Below the pieces are notes generated by a model that was not told the origin of the DNA, searched no databases, and saw only the letters and a list, made by a program, of their open reading frames with translations. A DNA stretch of 64,000 nt from an uncultured Planctomycetota bacterium (GTDB lineage: Bacteria; Planctomycetota; Planctomycetia; Isosphaerales; Isosphaeraceae), in contig CAWGMQ010000008.1 of assembly GCA_963823665.1 (NCBI GenBank), forward strand, positions 672,001 through 736,000, in the 5' to 3' direction. The position numbers were made by a program, and so were the translations under genes. This document shows positions 61,366 to 64,000 of this stretch, piece by piece. Numbering within the stretch: position 1 is the stretch's first letter; each line of letters begins with the position of its first letter.

Positions 61366-64000
61366 CGATTGACCGGGCCTCGTCGACCAGGTTGCGCACA
61401 TCCTGATCGCTCGCGGCTGAGCCCGGCAGTGCGTGGTGATTTGCCTTGAAAGCAGTCGCGGCTTGTTCCAGCGTTTTCTTCGCCCCCGTGTGATCGCCCA
61501 CGCGCCACTGGGCCATCGACCGGATAGACAGGCCTGACGCATCGGGCCAGAACGTCTGCGCCCGGGCGAGCGGTTCCGCCTCGGCCAGCGTCGCGATCGC
61601 ACCCGCGTAGTCGCCCGTCCGGTAGCGGGCCAGCGCAAGCCCAAGCGCAAGCTGGTAGCGGTCGGGGCCGATGCGGCAGGCCGCCTGCGCCTGCTCGACG
61701 GCGGCGCGGGCTGCGCCTGACTCGACGCGGCGGTTGCACACCGCCGCCCATGATACCTCGTGAAGCCGCCGCACGTCCTCGGGATAGTCGCCCGCAATCT
61801 CGAGCGCCCGTCGCCGCGCCGCTTCGCTGATGGTACCGTCGGCCCGCAGCCGCTCGATCACGTGCGACCGCAGCATCGGCCGTTCAAACAGGAACCTGAC
61901 GAGGCTCTGAGCCTCACTCTCGGCCGCGCCGCCTGACGCACTGCCAACGGTGCCCCACAACTTGACAATGCCCCCGCCATGTGCCGAGGCAAGCACCCGG
62001 CCGTCGCCGCTCAAAGCGACGTCCCGCGTTATTTCATCCGCATCGAGGCTGAGCATCTCATACGCGGTCAGCGGATCCCACAGCTTGATCGAGCCGTCGA
62101 CGCCAGCGGAAACCAGTCGTGAGCCGTCGCGGCTGTAAGCGAGTGTGGTCACGTCGTTCGCGTGCCCGTGCAAGGTCCGCTTCGACCGCAGCGTACGCGC
62201 GTCGAGTAACTCGACCGCACCGCGCGCCATGGGCACCGCGAGGGTCCGACCATCTGGGCTGAAAACGACCTTCGCGCCGTAGACCGGCCCGGCAGGCAGG
62301 CTGCCCACTTCCCGGCGGGCAGCAACGTCCCAGAGCTTGAGTGTCGCGTCCGTCCCCTGGGGTCGCCGGCTCGTCTCATCCAGAGAGGCGAGCGTCGCAC
62401 CATCCGGCGAAAAGGCGACGCTGCAAACGCCCTGAACGTGCCGATGAAGCTGGCCGCGAAGCCGGCCCGTGGCTCGCTCCCAGAGCCAAACCGCCCCGTC
62501 GCCTCCGCCCGCGGCAAGTGTCGACCCGTCGGGACTGAATGCCAGCGCGCCGATTTCGCCCGGACTGCTCTGGGAAATCACGCGCTCGTCGCGCCCCGTT
62601 GCTGGGTCCCACACGCGGATCACGTGGTCGGCGCCGGCCGTCGCGAGCCAGCGCCCGTCGGGTGAAAATGCGAGCGACGAGACAACTCCTTTGTGGCGGG
62701 TGTAAAGCAACGTGGGCGCGGTGAGCGCGGGGTTCCACACATACACTGCGCCAAGCGCACTCGAGAACGCCAACCTCCGGCCGTCTGGACTGAAGGCGAC
62801 CTGTCGAACCGGGCCTTCCGCCACCAGCCCTCTGACGGTGTAAAACTCCCGGGTCGTCGACGCATCCCAGATCTTCACCGTACCGTCGGTGCCCGATGAC
62901 GCCAGGCAGCGCTCGCCGCGACCAAACGCCACGCTGAAAACCGGCCCCTTATGCCCGCGCAGGGTCAACACGCTCGCACCAGTATGGCGGTCCCACACGT
63001 TAATCAAGGAACCCCCGTCGGCAACGGCAATGCGCCGCCCGTCGGCGCTCGCCGCCAGCGCGTAGACTTCGGATCGTTGGCCTCCCAGAACCTGAACGTC
63101 GCGCCCCGTGGCCCGATCCCACACCCGCACCGTCCCATCGTCCGCGGCGGAGACCAGCTCATCTCCTTTGGGTGTGAAGATCACGCGGTGCACAGACGCC
63201 CTATGACCTGAGAACACGCGAACAATGGCGCCAGAGCTCCCATCGCGGAGGATGATCGTGTTGTCCGTCCCCGCGCAGGCAACAGACCGCCCGTCCGGGC
63301 TATACGCGACGCAAAAAGTGATCCTGCCCGTTCGTGCACGGCGCGACTCGGGCGATGCAGGATCGCTGAGCGTGGCGAGACGTCGCAGTGCGCACGCGTC
63401 ATGAACCGATACTTCGCCGTCGTTGTGCCCGACGACGATCCGTTGGCCATCGGGCCGAAAAGCGACGCTCACGATCCTGGCGCCCTTCTCTTCGCTCCGA
63501 GCCAGTTCTGTTCCAGTGGAGAACTGCCAGAGTCGCAGAGTGTTGTCTGCGCCGCTCGGAACCAGCCGCTCGCCGTCTGGGGCGATCGCCAGACAAAGGA
63601 CCGCTTCCGCGTGCCCGCGCAGGATCCTCGGTGGCTGCTCGCCCGTGAGGTCCCAGATCCGGATGGAACGGTCATGGCCCGCCGAAGCAACCCATCGGCC
63701 TGATGGATGAAAAGCCACTTCCCAGACCGAGCTCTCGTGTCCCTTCAATGTCTGGAGATCGAGGTGAAACAGCCGGTCCAGATAATGAGCCTCGAACCCC
63801 CTCAAGTCCTCCGGAATCGTCTTGCCGGGGACCAGCTCGCCGGTCGCCTGCTGCGCGCACGTAGTTCTACCGTCGAGCCAAGCCCGATGCGCCAGCGAAG
63901 CCTGCAGCCCGTACCAGCGGCGGTCGCCCAGCCGTTTCTCCTCCCGCACGTCACGCGCAAGCGCACGCTCCCTCAAGGCGAAATACGTCGAGACCACCGT
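61352..64000 (-). CDS. WD40-repeat plus TPR C-terminal part of a large protein, probably a Ser/Thr kinase (5' end beyond the window)
   Basis: Numerous GH...V..VAFSPDG...ASA..D.T...WD repeats, preceded by a DLRGFE linker typical of Planctomycete kinase-WD40 proteins. Confidence 0.9.
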   Translation of the reverse strand, partial: TVVSTYFALRERALARDVREEKRLGDRRWYGLQASLAHRAWLDGRTTCAQQATGELVPGKTIPEDLRGFEAHYLDRLFHLDLQTLKGHESSVWEVAFHPSGRWVASAGHDRSIRIWDLTGEQPPRILRGHAEAVLCLAIAPDGERLVPSGADNTLRLWQFSTGTELARSEEKGARIVSVAFRPDGQRIVVGHNDGEVSVHDACALRRLATLSDPASPESRRARTGRITFCVAYSPDGRSVACAGTDNTIILRDGSSGAIVRVFSGHRASVHRVIFTPKGDELVSAADDGTVRVWDRATGRDVQVLGGQRSEVYALAASADGRRIAVADGGSLINVWDRHTGASVLTLRGHKGPVFSVAFGRGERCLASSGTDGTVKIWDASTTREFYTVRGLVAEGPVRQVAFSPDGRRLAFSSALGAVYVWNPALTAPTLLYTRHKGVVSSLAFSPDGRWLATAGADHVIRVWDPATGRDERVISQSSPGEIGALAFSPDGSTLAAGGGDGAVWLWERATGRLRGQLHRHVQGVCSVAFSPDGATLASLDETSRRPQGTDATLKLWDVAARREVGSLPAGPVYGAKVVFSPDGRTLAVPMARGAVELLDARTLRSKRTLHGHANDVTTLAYSRDGSRLVSAGVDGSIKLWDPLTAYEMLSLDADEITRDVALSGDGRVLASAHGGGIVKLWGTVGSASGGAAESEAQSLVRFLFERPMLRSHVIERLRADGTISEAARRRALEIAGDYPEDVRRLHEVSWAAVCNRRVESGAARAAVEQAQAACRIGPDRYQLALGLALARYRTGDYAGAIATLAEAEPLARAQTFWPDASGLSIRSMAQWRVGDHTGAKKTLEQAATAFKANHHALPGSAASDQDVRNLVDEARSIVTSE

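Overview
GC-rich bacterial window with the hallmarks of a Planctomycete (Isosphaeraceae-like): a DUF1559 prepilin-like protein, DUF4058, ECF sigma/Ser-Thr kinase pairs, DUF1080, and HEAT and WD40 proteins. The main finding is a nested group II intron (twintron) on the minus strand. An ORF-less outer intron (3616-6768, 733 nt once spliced) is split just after its catalytic domain V by an intact RT/maturase/HNH-encoding CL-type intron (3649-6068). The inner intron's EBS1 and EBS2 are perfectly complementary to the outer intron's DV/DVI junction, so it appears to home into the catalytic core of other introns. The window also holds a cluster of four Hanks-type kinases (three close paralogues) with two ECF sigmas, a larC/GT2 operon, a five-gene envelope operon and a circularly permuted ATP-grasp/alpha-E/transglutaminase operon. 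A mosaic region (about 54.6-60.5 kb) contains duplicated and truncated genes, a RAYT transposase remnant and a gene bracketed by 13-bp inverted repeats. Several REP-like palindrome families are present. Multiple short frameshifts in conserved genes may be long-read assembly errors. Family assignments come from recalled motifs; no database search was run.
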